This document shows, piece after piece, positions 30,910-39,232 of a stretch of DNA of 44,677 bases. A program made the position numbers and the translations under genes. How positions within the stretch are numbered: the first letter of the stretch is position 1; each line of letters starts with the position of its first letter. Location of the stretch: the sequence record SRR31156797_9235, one strand, 5' to 3'. Under the pieces are notes generated by a model, which saw nothing but the letters and a program-made list of their open reading frames with translations, was not told the DNA's origin and made no database searches.

Positions 30910-32115
30910 TTACCCGAGTTTATTCATCTCATCGACGTAAGTGTACACCTCATCAGGAATATCTACTGAATTCGGATTTATCGGTGCCGCAATTTTATGC
31001 TTACTCACTGTGCTTTTAGAAAGATCAATCGCTTTAATAGGAAGCTTATCACCCTTCTGATTCATAAAAATAAGAACAACAGGCTCAGTCGGCTTATTAA
31101 GATTAGTCTTCCCAACCATGCCAAGCTCGCCAGTATTCATCACAACAAGCGAACCGACCGGATATATTCCGATGTTCATCACAAAAAATTCGAAAACTTT
31201 CTTATTTATGTGTGAGTCCGCCCATTTAAACATGAGCTTGAGTGCTGACGGCGGCTCCATACCTTTGTGGTACACTCTGTCGCTGGTTATAGCGTCATAA
31301 ATATCGACAACAGCGCCTATCTTACCTTCGATACTTATCTCTGAATCTTTAAGACCGTTAGGATAGCCTGACCCGTCATACCTTTCGTGATGCTCATAGG
31401 CGAGGCGCAGCATGTCGGCTGGAATATTTTGCTTCTTAAGGTATTCATAACCGAACTGAACGTGGTTTTTCATAGTGATGAATTCATTATCAGTGAGCTT
31501 GCCCGGTTTATTTAAAACCTTTGAAGGAATAAGCATTTTACCAACGTCGTGTAAAAGTCCGGCGTTAGCTATCCTCTCAACTTCCTGATCATTCATACCA
31601 AGGTGTGATGCGAGACTTGCCGCATATATACTAACGTTCATTGAATGATGAAAGGTGTAGTCATCGTGTTTTCTAAGCTTAGTAACACTAGCAAGGACAC
31701 CTTTGTTTTTTCTGGTGATCTCAGCAATATTCTCAGCGACATTCTTAACCGCACCATCGTTAAACATCTTTCCTGCACGGATATCGTCAAGAACATTCCC
31801 GATGATTTTCACTGATTCAGTATATATTTCTGAGGCTTTATTGAAGTCATCAATATCGATATGTTTAGAAACAGCTTCTTCGGCTATTTCTTGAATGGCA
31901 TCTTCATTTTCATTAAATAATTTTTCGACCTTTTTCTCAATAAGACCAGCATCTTCGATGTATACGTACTGAATCTCATTTGCGATAATCTTGTCCAATA
32001 CCGCCTGATTCTTGATTACAAACTTATGTTTAAGAAAGTCTGTTTCAAGCCAGCTACGATCGAACTTAAGAACCTTATCACCGATCTTAAGGTCTTTTAC
32101 TGAAACTTTTTTCAT
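30910..32115 (-). CDS. HD-GYP c-di-GMP phosphodiesterase with DUF3391-like N-terminus
   Basis: YTFHHS, LLHDVGK, HHERYDGSGYP; alternative GTG start at 32121. Confidence 0.9.
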   Translation of the reverse strand: MKKVSVKDLKIGDKVLKFDRSWLETDFLKHKFVIKNQAVLDKIIANEIQYVYIEDAGLIEKKVEKLFNENEDAIQEIAEEAVSKHIDIDDFNKASEIYTESVKIIGNVLDDIRAGKMFNDGAVKNVAENIAEITRKNKGVLASVTKLRKHDDYTFHHSMNVSIYAASLASHLGMNDQEVERIANAGLLHDVGKMLIPSKVLNKPGKLTDNEFITMKNHVQFGYEYLKKQNIPADMLRLAYEHHERYDGSGYPNGLKDSEISIEGKIGAVVDIYDAITSDRVYHKGMEPPSALKLMFKWADSHINKKVFEFFVMNIGIYPVGSLVVMNTGELGMVGKTNLNKPTEPVVLIFMNQKGDKLPIKAIDLSKSTVSKHKIAAPINPNSVDIPDEVYTYVDEMNKLG

Positions 32116-32193
32116 ACCCACCAGAATAAAGACTGAGTGTCCCTTGTTTTGTGTATATTATTATAGTTAAGCTAACAAAGTATACAGTCTAAG

Positions 32194-32865
32194 TTAAATT
32201 TGTGTCAACACTTCCTCGAATTGTGTTCTGATGAATTGCCAGCCGTTGTAAACGTGATCCGCCACGATTTTTTCAACAGCATCCTCGTCTTTCATCTCGA
32301 ACGCTTCGATGAGCTTTAAGTGCTCTTCGTTGACCTGTTTTGTTCTGCCCTCGGTGGTAAAGGAGTAAACGGTTGCTCTTTTGAACTGCTGCTGCAGCCC
32401 TTCGAGCATCCTAATAAGTCTGTCGTTATTACATTTATAAATAAAAATATTATGGAAATCATAGTTCCAATTAATAAGTTGTGTGACACCTTTAGCTGAA
32501 CCGACATTCATCTTTGACGCCAGCTCTTTCATCTTATCCATATCTGACTTTTCAAGAAACTCGATAGCCAGCTTTGATGCTAACGGCTCAAGCTTCATCT
32601 TAATAATAAATATATCGTCGATATCCTTTCGGGAAAGAGTGGTAACAATTGCACCCCTTCTCGGAATTATATCGATAAAACCTTCCATTTCAAGTAACCG
32701 AAGTGCCTCTCTGATGGGGGTACGTGATATCCCTAACTGTTCTGAGAGCTTCGGTTCAACAAGTCTCTCACCGGGTTTGATAACACCTTTGATAATATTG
32801 TTACGTATTGTCAGTGCTATCTTTTCACTAAGGGGAGTGTTGTCAATGTTTATCTCTTTCGCCAT
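32194..32865 (-). CDS. GntR/FCD family transcriptional regulator
   Basis: PGERLVEPKLSEQLGISRTPIREAL, FH and EH of FCD domain; ATG at 32865 after AGGTG. Confidence 0.92.
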   Translation of the reverse strand: MAKEINIDNTPLSEKIALTIRNNIIKGVIKPGERLVEPKLSEQLGISRTPIREALRLLEMEGFIDIIPRRGAIVTTLSRKDIDDIFIIKMKLEPLASKLAIEFLEKSDMDKMKELASKMNVGSAKGVTQLINWNYDFHNIFIYKCNNDRLIRMLEGLQQQFKRATVYSFTTEGRTKQVNEEHLKLIEAFEMKDEDAVEKIVADHVYNGWQFIRTQFEEVLTQI

Positions 32866-32878
32866 TGATGTCACCTAT

Positions 32879-33550
32879 TTAACTGCTTTTAATTCTTTCT
32901 TTAAGGTATTCCCAACCACTAATAATGTGGTTTCTAACAGACTTTTCAGCCAGATCGGGATCCTTAGAGACAAAAGCATCAATAATCTTTTTATGCTCTA
33001 CAACTGCTGTTGCAGCACGCCCAGCATCAGAAACCAGCATAGTCTTAAGCCGCTGGAAATTCTTCGAAAGCCCATCAAGGATGTCAATAAGCTTCTCATT
33101 ATCTGATGCAGCAATGAAAATATTGTGAAAGTCGATATTATCTTTAAGATACTCGTCTGTCACATTTGGATTTTTCTCAACTATATTTCTAAACTGCTTA
33201 TTTATGTTAATTAAATTCTCAAGCTGATCTTCGGTAAGGTTTATTACCGCCTGTCTGGCAGCGAGCCCCTCAAGATTAGCCTTGATAGCGTATAAATCGT
33301 CAATATCTTTTATTGTCAGCTCTTTGACAATGGCACCCCTTCTAGGCACTATTTCAATAAAGCCTTCCGCTTCAAGCTGTCTAAGAGCTTCTCTGATTGG
33401 TGTTCTCGATATACCGAGATTTTTCGCGAGTTTAGGCTCAACAAGCCTTTCGCCGTTTTTATGTACACCTTTAATAATATCAGCTCTAATTTTATCCGCT
33501 ATCTTTTCACGAAGCGGTTTACTCTCTATAAATACTTCCTGGCTCACCAC
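32879..33550 (-). CDS. GntR/FCD family transcriptional regulator
   Basis: GERLVEPKLAKNLGISRTPIREAL, DFH, EH; paralog of the adjacent gene. Confidence 0.92.
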   Translation of the reverse strand: MVSQEVFIESKPLREKIADKIRADIIKGVHKNGERLVEPKLAKNLGISRTPIREALRQLEAEGFIEIVPRRGAIVKELTIKDIDDLYAIKANLEGLAARQAVINLTEDQLENLININKQFRNIVEKNPNVTDEYLKDNIDFHNIFIAASDNEKLIDILDGLSKNFQRLKTMLVSDAGRAATAVVEHKKIIDAFVSKDPDLAEKSVRNHIISGWEYLKERIKSS

Positions 33551-33590
33551 AAACCTCTATCCAGAAACACCAAAATCGTTTTCACTCAGA

Positions 33591-33655
33591 GTACACAGTA
33601 TACTGTATACATTATACATGTTTTGAAATATAGCTGGTTTTTTATACCTAGTCAA
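33591..33655 (-). promoter_or_regulatory. gntR promoter with downstream GTATAC operator array
   Basis: Minus strand TTGACT, 17-nt spacer, TATATT (33655-33627); GTACACA GTATACT GTATACA TTATACA at 33591-33618. Confidence 0.65.
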
Positions 33656-33718
33656 TGAGTAATAAGTAGTAAGTAAGAAAAATAAAATGACTTTATGAAA
33701 TGTAGAAAACTAAGAAAG

Positions 33719-34060
33719 AAAGAAGGTCTATAAGCCGGATCCTGTATTAATCGGTCATTTGTCTAGCCGCGGAGTTGCCTCCGAGGTCAAGCTGCCTACC
33801 CGCAGACCGTTAAGAGCGGGCCGCTCCATGAGATCTGCCTATTTGGCATTGCACCGGATGGGGTTTACCTTGCCTGCTCAGTCACCTGAGTCAGCGGTGG
33901 GCTCTTACCCCACCGTTTCACCCTTACCATAAAATGGCGGTTTTATTTCTGTGGCACTGTCCCTGGCTCGCACCAGGCTGATGTTATCAGTCACCCTGCC
34001 CTACGGTGTCCGGACTTTCCTCCCGTGTGAAAACACACCGGCGACCGAACGACCTTCTTT
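33719..34060 (-). ncRNA. rnpB: RNase P RNA (class A)
   Basis: Minus strand GAGGAAAGTCCGG, AGTGCCACAGAAA, GGGTGAAACGG, GGTAAACCCC, ACAGGATCCGGCTTAT; P1 helix AAAGAAGGTC/GACCTTCTTT. Confidence 0.96.
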
Positions 34061-34149
34061 CACCGATATAATTGTACATCGGATAATTAATTACAAGTAA
34101 ATTCGACTCATCCCTATACAATAATGTTCAAAAAGTAGTAGAATTAATC

Positions 34150-34512
34150 ATGATTGAAATGAGCTGGATAGAGCGTGACCTACTTGAGATGAAGGCCAAC
34201 ACCCTCTATAAATACGGAAAAAAGATTGAGCTGGTGGAGGAGATGTATCTTAGGAAACTCCGCCTCTTAAGCAGGCTCATCAAAATGCTCGCACGTGCCA
34301 GAAGAGAACAGGTCGTAAGGAGAGGCTGGTTCAAAAAAAAACGTCAGCAGGAGCTTATTGAAAGGATAGAAGATAAGGCTCAGCGTGCTGAACGGACAGT
34401 CGCTAAGCTTGAGGAGCTGAAAGAGAAATATATCGAAGATTTCAAATATCAGCGTGAGGCATGCGGGCTGAATGACCATACTTTTATCGATGAATTTTAT
34501 AAAGACTGGTGA
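34150..34512 (+). CDS. Hypothetical basic coiled-coil protein
   Basis: 120-aa ORF divergent from rnpB; C-terminal QREACGLNDH. Confidence 0.65.
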   Translation: MIEMSWIERDLLEMKANTLYKYGKKIELVEEMYLRKLRLLSRLIKMLARARREQVVRRGWFKKKRQQELIERIEDKAQRAERTVAKLEELKEKYIEDFKYQREACGLNDHTFIDEFYKDW

Positions 34513-34620
34513 TTCACAACTGATAAACATTACTGAAGGCATACCCTCTCCTACCCTTTTAATTCAAGTATTCCAGATAATTTCCGATTTTAACTATATG
34601 AAGTAATAAAGGAGGACGTC

Positions 34621-34833
34621 ATGGAAATAAATATGATACCACCTGTGGGACCACTTAAGGTCGAGCGCTCAGATGAGAAAGATAAGCAGCGCAAAAAATA
34701 CTTTCATATTAAAGGTAAGATAGAAACCGTTAAACAAGATAACGGCAAATACGTTATAGTTGTCACCTCTGAAGAGCCTTCATTCAAGGTTGAGGGTATT
34801 GATGGCGAAAATGTTCTCCTCTCTAACCTGTAA
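34621..34833 (+). CDS. Small hypothetical protein
   Basis: 70 aa with strong AAGGAGG RBS. Confidence 0.65.
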   Translation: MEINMIPPVGPLKVERSDEKDKQRKKYFHIKGKIETVKQDNGKYVIVVTSEEPSFKVEGIDGENVLLSNL

Positions 34834-34988
34834 AAGATTTTCTTAACCAAAGGGAGATCTTTGCGCCCTAAAACAGCGAACTACCCAACTAATACCCACT
34901 TTTTTCAGTAAAACACTATTAAGTAGTACAAAATTTGTTCGATTAGTGTTAAGATTAGTTTGATTTATACATTAATCGGGAAATGTAG

Positions 34989-37268
34989 ATGGCGATTTTT
35001 AAAAGAAACATATGGTTCGTATATTACATTCTTATTATTATTGGGATTATGTTCGTAAGCGTTATATCATACAACACTTGGCACTTAGGCATAAGCTCCA
35101 ATATCGAACGTCAAAAGCACCTGGTAAGCCTCGTGTCCGGGGCACTTAGAGGTCAGCTCGCCTCTCAGGAGATGGTTCTTGACATCCTTAATGAAGAGCT
35201 CGCAAAGGAGCACAGCGGTCATGGGGAACATAACCATAATATCACCGTCCCTGCAATATTCGACAAACTTCTGGCACATAACCCAGCCATAGCAGGACTT
35301 GCGCTGATCGATACTGACGGGGATTTTATCCATATAAGCGGCAATGCCGACATTTCAAAATTACCTAACATGAAAGAACTGCCGGCAAGCAGGGGTTCTT
35401 TTATTCATGCTATAAATAATAGTAATAAAATGGTGCTCGGAAGAACATATTTCTTTAAGCCTCTCAACACATGGGTTATCCCTGCTCGAAAAGCTCTGAA
35501 AAACAAAGCAGGCGATATTATAGGGGTTACATCTTCCGGATTTAACCTGAAGCACACCTTTGACATTTTTAACAATGACCTGCACCTTGATGAATCTAAT
35601 GAAGTGATTGTAGTGAGAGAATTCGATAAGTATCTGCAATATATCTCCACGAACATCCCCAATGTTGCCGAAAGATACCGTAATAAAATAGAACTGTACG
35701 ACAAGGCAAATGAGATCGTTATTAATAAATACGGAAAAACACTCGATGATATAAAGAAAACAAAAGATATCTATCTCATAAATATAAAAACAAAAACTGG
35801 AAAAGTATTCCAGATGCTTTTCAGATACGATGAGAGATATGAAATCTGGACTGTTTCCTCCATGCCATTAAGTGCAATAACAGATAAATTCATGAAAAGT
35901 TTAATATCATATATTTCTTTATTTATAATTATTTACCTAGTTCTTTATCTCCTATTTAAATATATTGCTGATGCTGAAAAGAAGCGCAGAGAATCTCTGA
36001 AATATCAGGCTAACCACGACACCCTCACAAAACTTCCTAACAGGAACTTCTTTAATGATACCATCAATAAGTGGATTAATCCTGACGCCAAACCTTTTGC
36101 ACTCTTCTACATAGATATGGATAACTTTAAGAATATAAATGACAGCTTTGGGCATAGAACAGGTGACATGGTTTTACAGCATCTGGCTAACAGGCTTAAA
36201 ACATTTGAGAGTGATGACTGCATTGTTATGCGTCAGGGCGGGGACGAATTTCTCGTTATCCTGCATGAGGACGATAACGATAACCTGATAAATATATCAT
36301 CTAAGCTTATCGATGCTCTTACCGCTCCTTATACTATAAATAGTCTCAGATTTGTCATAGGCGCAAGTATAGGCATATCGAAATACCCCGAACACGGAAC
36401 AGATTTCGACACACTCTTAAGCTCTGCCGACATTGCAATGTATGAAGCTAAGAAAAACCGTAACAAAGCGCTCATCTTTTATGATTCTATGAAATCAACC
36501 CACCTTTATAAAATAAATATGGAGCAGGAGCTCAGGAAGGCTCTCTACCTTAATGAATTATTTATGGTGTTTCAGCCGCAGGTTGAGAGTAACGGAGCTA
36601 TATATGGCATAGAATCACTTGTAAGATGGGAGAGCGCAAGCCTTGGCAATGTCCCTCCGAGCGACTTTATACCTGTTGCGGAGTCCACCGGGCTCATCCT
36701 TGAGATAGGCGACTACATCATTGACACCTCTCTTAAAAACCTGAAGTACATTCAGGATATCACAGGTAAGTCACTACTTATTTCTATTAATATCTCTGTG
36801 AGTCAGCTCATGGAGCTCGGATTTTCTCATAATTTAATAAGCAAAATTAATAAATACGACCTTGATAAGTCAATGATCAAACTTGAGATCACGGAAAGCC
36901 TCTTCATCGAAGACCTTGAGCTTATAAGACCTGTTCTGGGCGAGCTTAATGACAACGGGATACGAATTTCCTTAGACGATTTCGGAACAGGCTACTCATC
37001 ACTCAGTATGCTTAGACACCTCCCTATTGATGAACTTAAAATTGATAAATCCTTTGTCGATGATATAACCACAGATGAATCTTCACTTATGATGGTTCAG
37101 AATATTATAGACATTGGTGTTAATCTTAAGATGTCTGTAATTGCTGAAGGGGTCGAAACGAAAGAGCAGAAAAAACTCCTTAACGATTTCGGTTGTAACA
37201 GATTCCAAGGTTACCTTTTCGCAAAACCTATGCTTAAAGAAGACCTCGCTAGTCTGTTAACTAATTAA
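34989..37268 (+). CDS. Membrane-bound Cache-like sensor GGDEF-EAL protein
   Basis: Two TMs, HDTLTKLPNR, GGDEF, ESLVRW, DDFGTGYSS, AEGVET, QGY. Confidence 0.93.
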   Translation: MAIFKRNIWFVYYILIIIGIMFVSVISYNTWHLGISSNIERQKHLVSLVSGALRGQLASQEMVLDILNEELAKEHSGHGEHNHNITVPAIFDKLLAHNPAIAGLALIDTDGDFIHISGNADISKLPNMKELPASRGSFIHAINNSNKMVLGRTYFFKPLNTWVIPARKALKNKAGDIIGVTSSGFNLKHTFDIFNNDLHLDESNEVIVVREFDKYLQYISTNIPNVAERYRNKIELYDKANEIVINKYGKTLDDIKKTKDIYLINIKTKTGKVFQMLFRYDERYEIWTVSSMPLSAITDKFMKSLISYISLFIIIYLVLYLLFKYIADAEKKRRESLKYQANHDTLTKLPNRNFFNDTINKWINPDAKPFALFYIDMDNFKNINDSFGHRTGDMVLQHLANRLKTFESDDCIVMRQGGDEFLVILHEDDNDNLINISSKLIDALTAPYTINSLRFVIGASIGISKYPEHGTDFDTLLSSADIAMYEAKKNRNKALIFYDSMKSTHLYKINMEQELRKALYLNELFMVFQPQVESNGAIYGIESLVRWESASLGNVPPSDFIPVAESTGLILEIGDYIIDTSLKNLKYIQDITGKSLLISINISVSQLMELGFSHNLISKINKYDLDKSMIKLEITESLFIEDLELIRPVLGELNDNGIRISLDDFGTGYSSLSMLRHLPIDELKIDKSFVDDITTDESSLMMVQNIIDIGVNLKMSVIAEGVETKEQKKLLNDFGCNRFQGYLFAKPMLKEDLASLLTN

Positions 37269-37367
37269 CAGAAATAACTTTTATTTTATCCGCACACTTT
37301 AATATCTTATTGAGGTAAGATATTTAAAATGCTATATATGGCTAAAGAAAACACAAGGCGGATCTTA

Positions 37368-38408
37368 ATGATTACAGACGGTATGAGAGTTTTATCTGTG
37401 GACGATAACGACACAAACCTAAAAATCATCGAAATTCACTGTAAAAACATTAAAATCAAAGTTGATAGCTGCACACACCCTTCCAATGCCCTTGAAAAAT
37501 TCTCAAAAGATAAATATGACATTGTCATAACTGACTATATGATGCCCGAAATCAACGGTATTCAGTTTATCGAAGAGATTCGTAAACAAGATCTAACAGT
37601 CCCTATTGTCATGATAACTGCTGTTGGTGACGACCCTGAGCTTCACCTTAACGCACTTGAAAAAGGTGCGACAGACTTCCTTGTAAAGCCTCTTAACTCC
37701 AGCATATTCAAAGCGAGAATCAGCAACCTGCTACAGCTTAGAAAAGCGCTTAAAATGATCGAAGAGCGAGCTGGCATACTTGAGGAAGAAGTAAAAAAAG
37801 CCACTGCTGAAATCGTTGAGAGAGAGCAGGAAACACTTAGACTTTTAGGCAGCACCGCAGAGTTCAAAGACCCAGAAACAGGCAAACATGTTGCACGTGT
37901 CGCAGGTTATTCGAAAATATTAGCAGAAGCTTACGGACTGGACGAAAAGATGCAGGATATCATTTATCACGCATCGCCGTTCCACGATATAGGCAAGGTA
38001 GCGATAGCTGACAGCATTCTTCTCAAACCGGGTAAGCTTACAGATGATGAGATGTCCGCCATGAGAGAACACTCTAAAATAGGCTATGACATCTTAAGGA
38101 ACTCTAAGAGCGAATACCTGAAAGCTGGCGGAGTTATCGCTTTTACCCATCACGAAAAATATGACGGCACAGGCTATCCGAAAGGCTTAAAAGGTGAAGT
38201 GATACCAATTCTGGGGCGCATTGTGGCAATCGCAGATGTTTTCGATGCACTCACCTCCAAGCGTCCTTATAAACATGCGTGGTCATTTGAAGAAACAGTA
38301 GAATATATCAAATCTCAGAGTGGAAAACATTTCGACCCGGCTCTAGCTCAGCTTTTCCTTGATAATATAGATAGAATTAAAGAAGTATATTCCGCTTTAA
38401 AAGAATAA
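37368..38408 (+). CDS. REC-HD-GYP response regulator (RpfG-like)
   Basis: VDDN, TDYMMP, KP; HDIGK, HHEKYDGTGYP; exact start uncertain (37329-37383). Confidence 0.92.
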   Translation: MITDGMRVLSVDDNDTNLKIIEIHCKNIKIKVDSCTHPSNALEKFSKDKYDIVITDYMMPEINGIQFIEEIRKQDLTVPIVMITAVGDDPELHLNALEKGATDFLVKPLNSSIFKARISNLLQLRKALKMIEERAGILEEEVKKATAEIVEREQETLRLLGSTAEFKDPETGKHVARVAGYSKILAEAYGLDEKMQDIIYHASPFHDIGKVAIADSILLKPGKLTDDEMSAMREHSKIGYDILRNSKSEYLKAGGVIAFTHHEKYDGTGYPKGLKGEVIPILGRIVAIADVFDALTSKRPYKHAWSFEETVEYIKSQSGKHFDPALAQLFLDNIDRIKEVYSALKE

Positions 38409-38419
38409 TCAGGTGCGTA

Positions 38420-39232
38420 ATGAGAAGAAAATTAACCCTACTCCTTATAATTTCCCTAATAGTCATTTTAACTGGCTGCAACAATCAAAAAGATAAAACA
38501 GAAGAAAAACCTGAACTCCTTTTCTACATCGGAATAACAATGGTTAAACCCGTCACAGCTCTGGTTAATCAGTTTATGCGCGAAAATAACTGCCTGATCA
38601 AGATAATTCAGGGAGGGTCTCAGGACCTATACGACAGTCTCTCTTCCAGCGGTAAAGGCGACCTTTATCTGCCCGGCTCTGTCTCCTACCGAAAGAAAAA
38701 TATCGAAGCCGGTCACCTGCTCGACGGCAGATTCGTAGGCTATAACAAAGCCGCCCTCATGGTGAAAAAAGGAAATCCTAAGAATATACCCGCTGACCTG
38801 TCGATTTTATCAGATAAAAAAGTTAACGTTGTCCTTTGCAATCCTGAAAGCGGAAGTATCGGAAAAGAGACAAGAAGCATACTCACTAAATTCGGCAATT
38901 ATAAAGAAGCTATGGATAATGCTGCATTCCTTACCACTGATTCGAGAAACCTTACAAAGGCGATCAAATCAGGGACTGCTGATGTATGTATAAACTGGTT
39001 TGCTACTACAAAATGGGAAAATAACAGAGCTGAAACAGAAGCAATAATTATAGACAGCAAATATGCAAAGAAGAAAAAACTTGTCTTTAATCTGCTGAAA
39101 AGCTCAAAACATCCTGAACTGGTTAAAAGATTCATGGATTATGCCGCTTCTGAAAAAGGGAGAAAAGTCTTTTTCGACTACGGATTCTTAGATGAGCGAG
39201 ACCTTAAAACATTTGAGAGTGTTACATTCTAA
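38420..39232 (+). CDS. ModA-like solute-binding lipoprotein
   Basis: Lipobox LTGC; GGSQDL, GDLYLPG, VKKGNPKNI, NPESGSIG, KRFMDY. Confidence 0.75.
   Translation: MRRKLTLLLIISLIVILTGCNNQKDKTEEKPELLFYIGITMVKPVTALVNQFMRENNCLIKIIQGGSQDLYDSLSSSGKGDLYLPGSVSYRKKNIEAGHLLDGRFVGYNKAALMVKKGNPKNIPADLSILSDKKVNVVLCNPESGSIGKETRSILTKFGNYKEAMDNAAFLTTDSRNLTKAIKSGTADVCINWFATTKWENNRAETEAIIIDSKYAKKKKLVFNLLKSSKHPELVKRFMDYAASEKGRKVFFDYGFLDERDLKTFESVTF

Noticed and set aside
34834-34930. Possible c-di-GMP-I riboswitch (minus strand GGGCGCAAAG) near the GGDEF-EAL gene
   Set aside because: Wrong strand for that gene, and it lacks the GCAAA..GAAA P2 element and the P3 pattern
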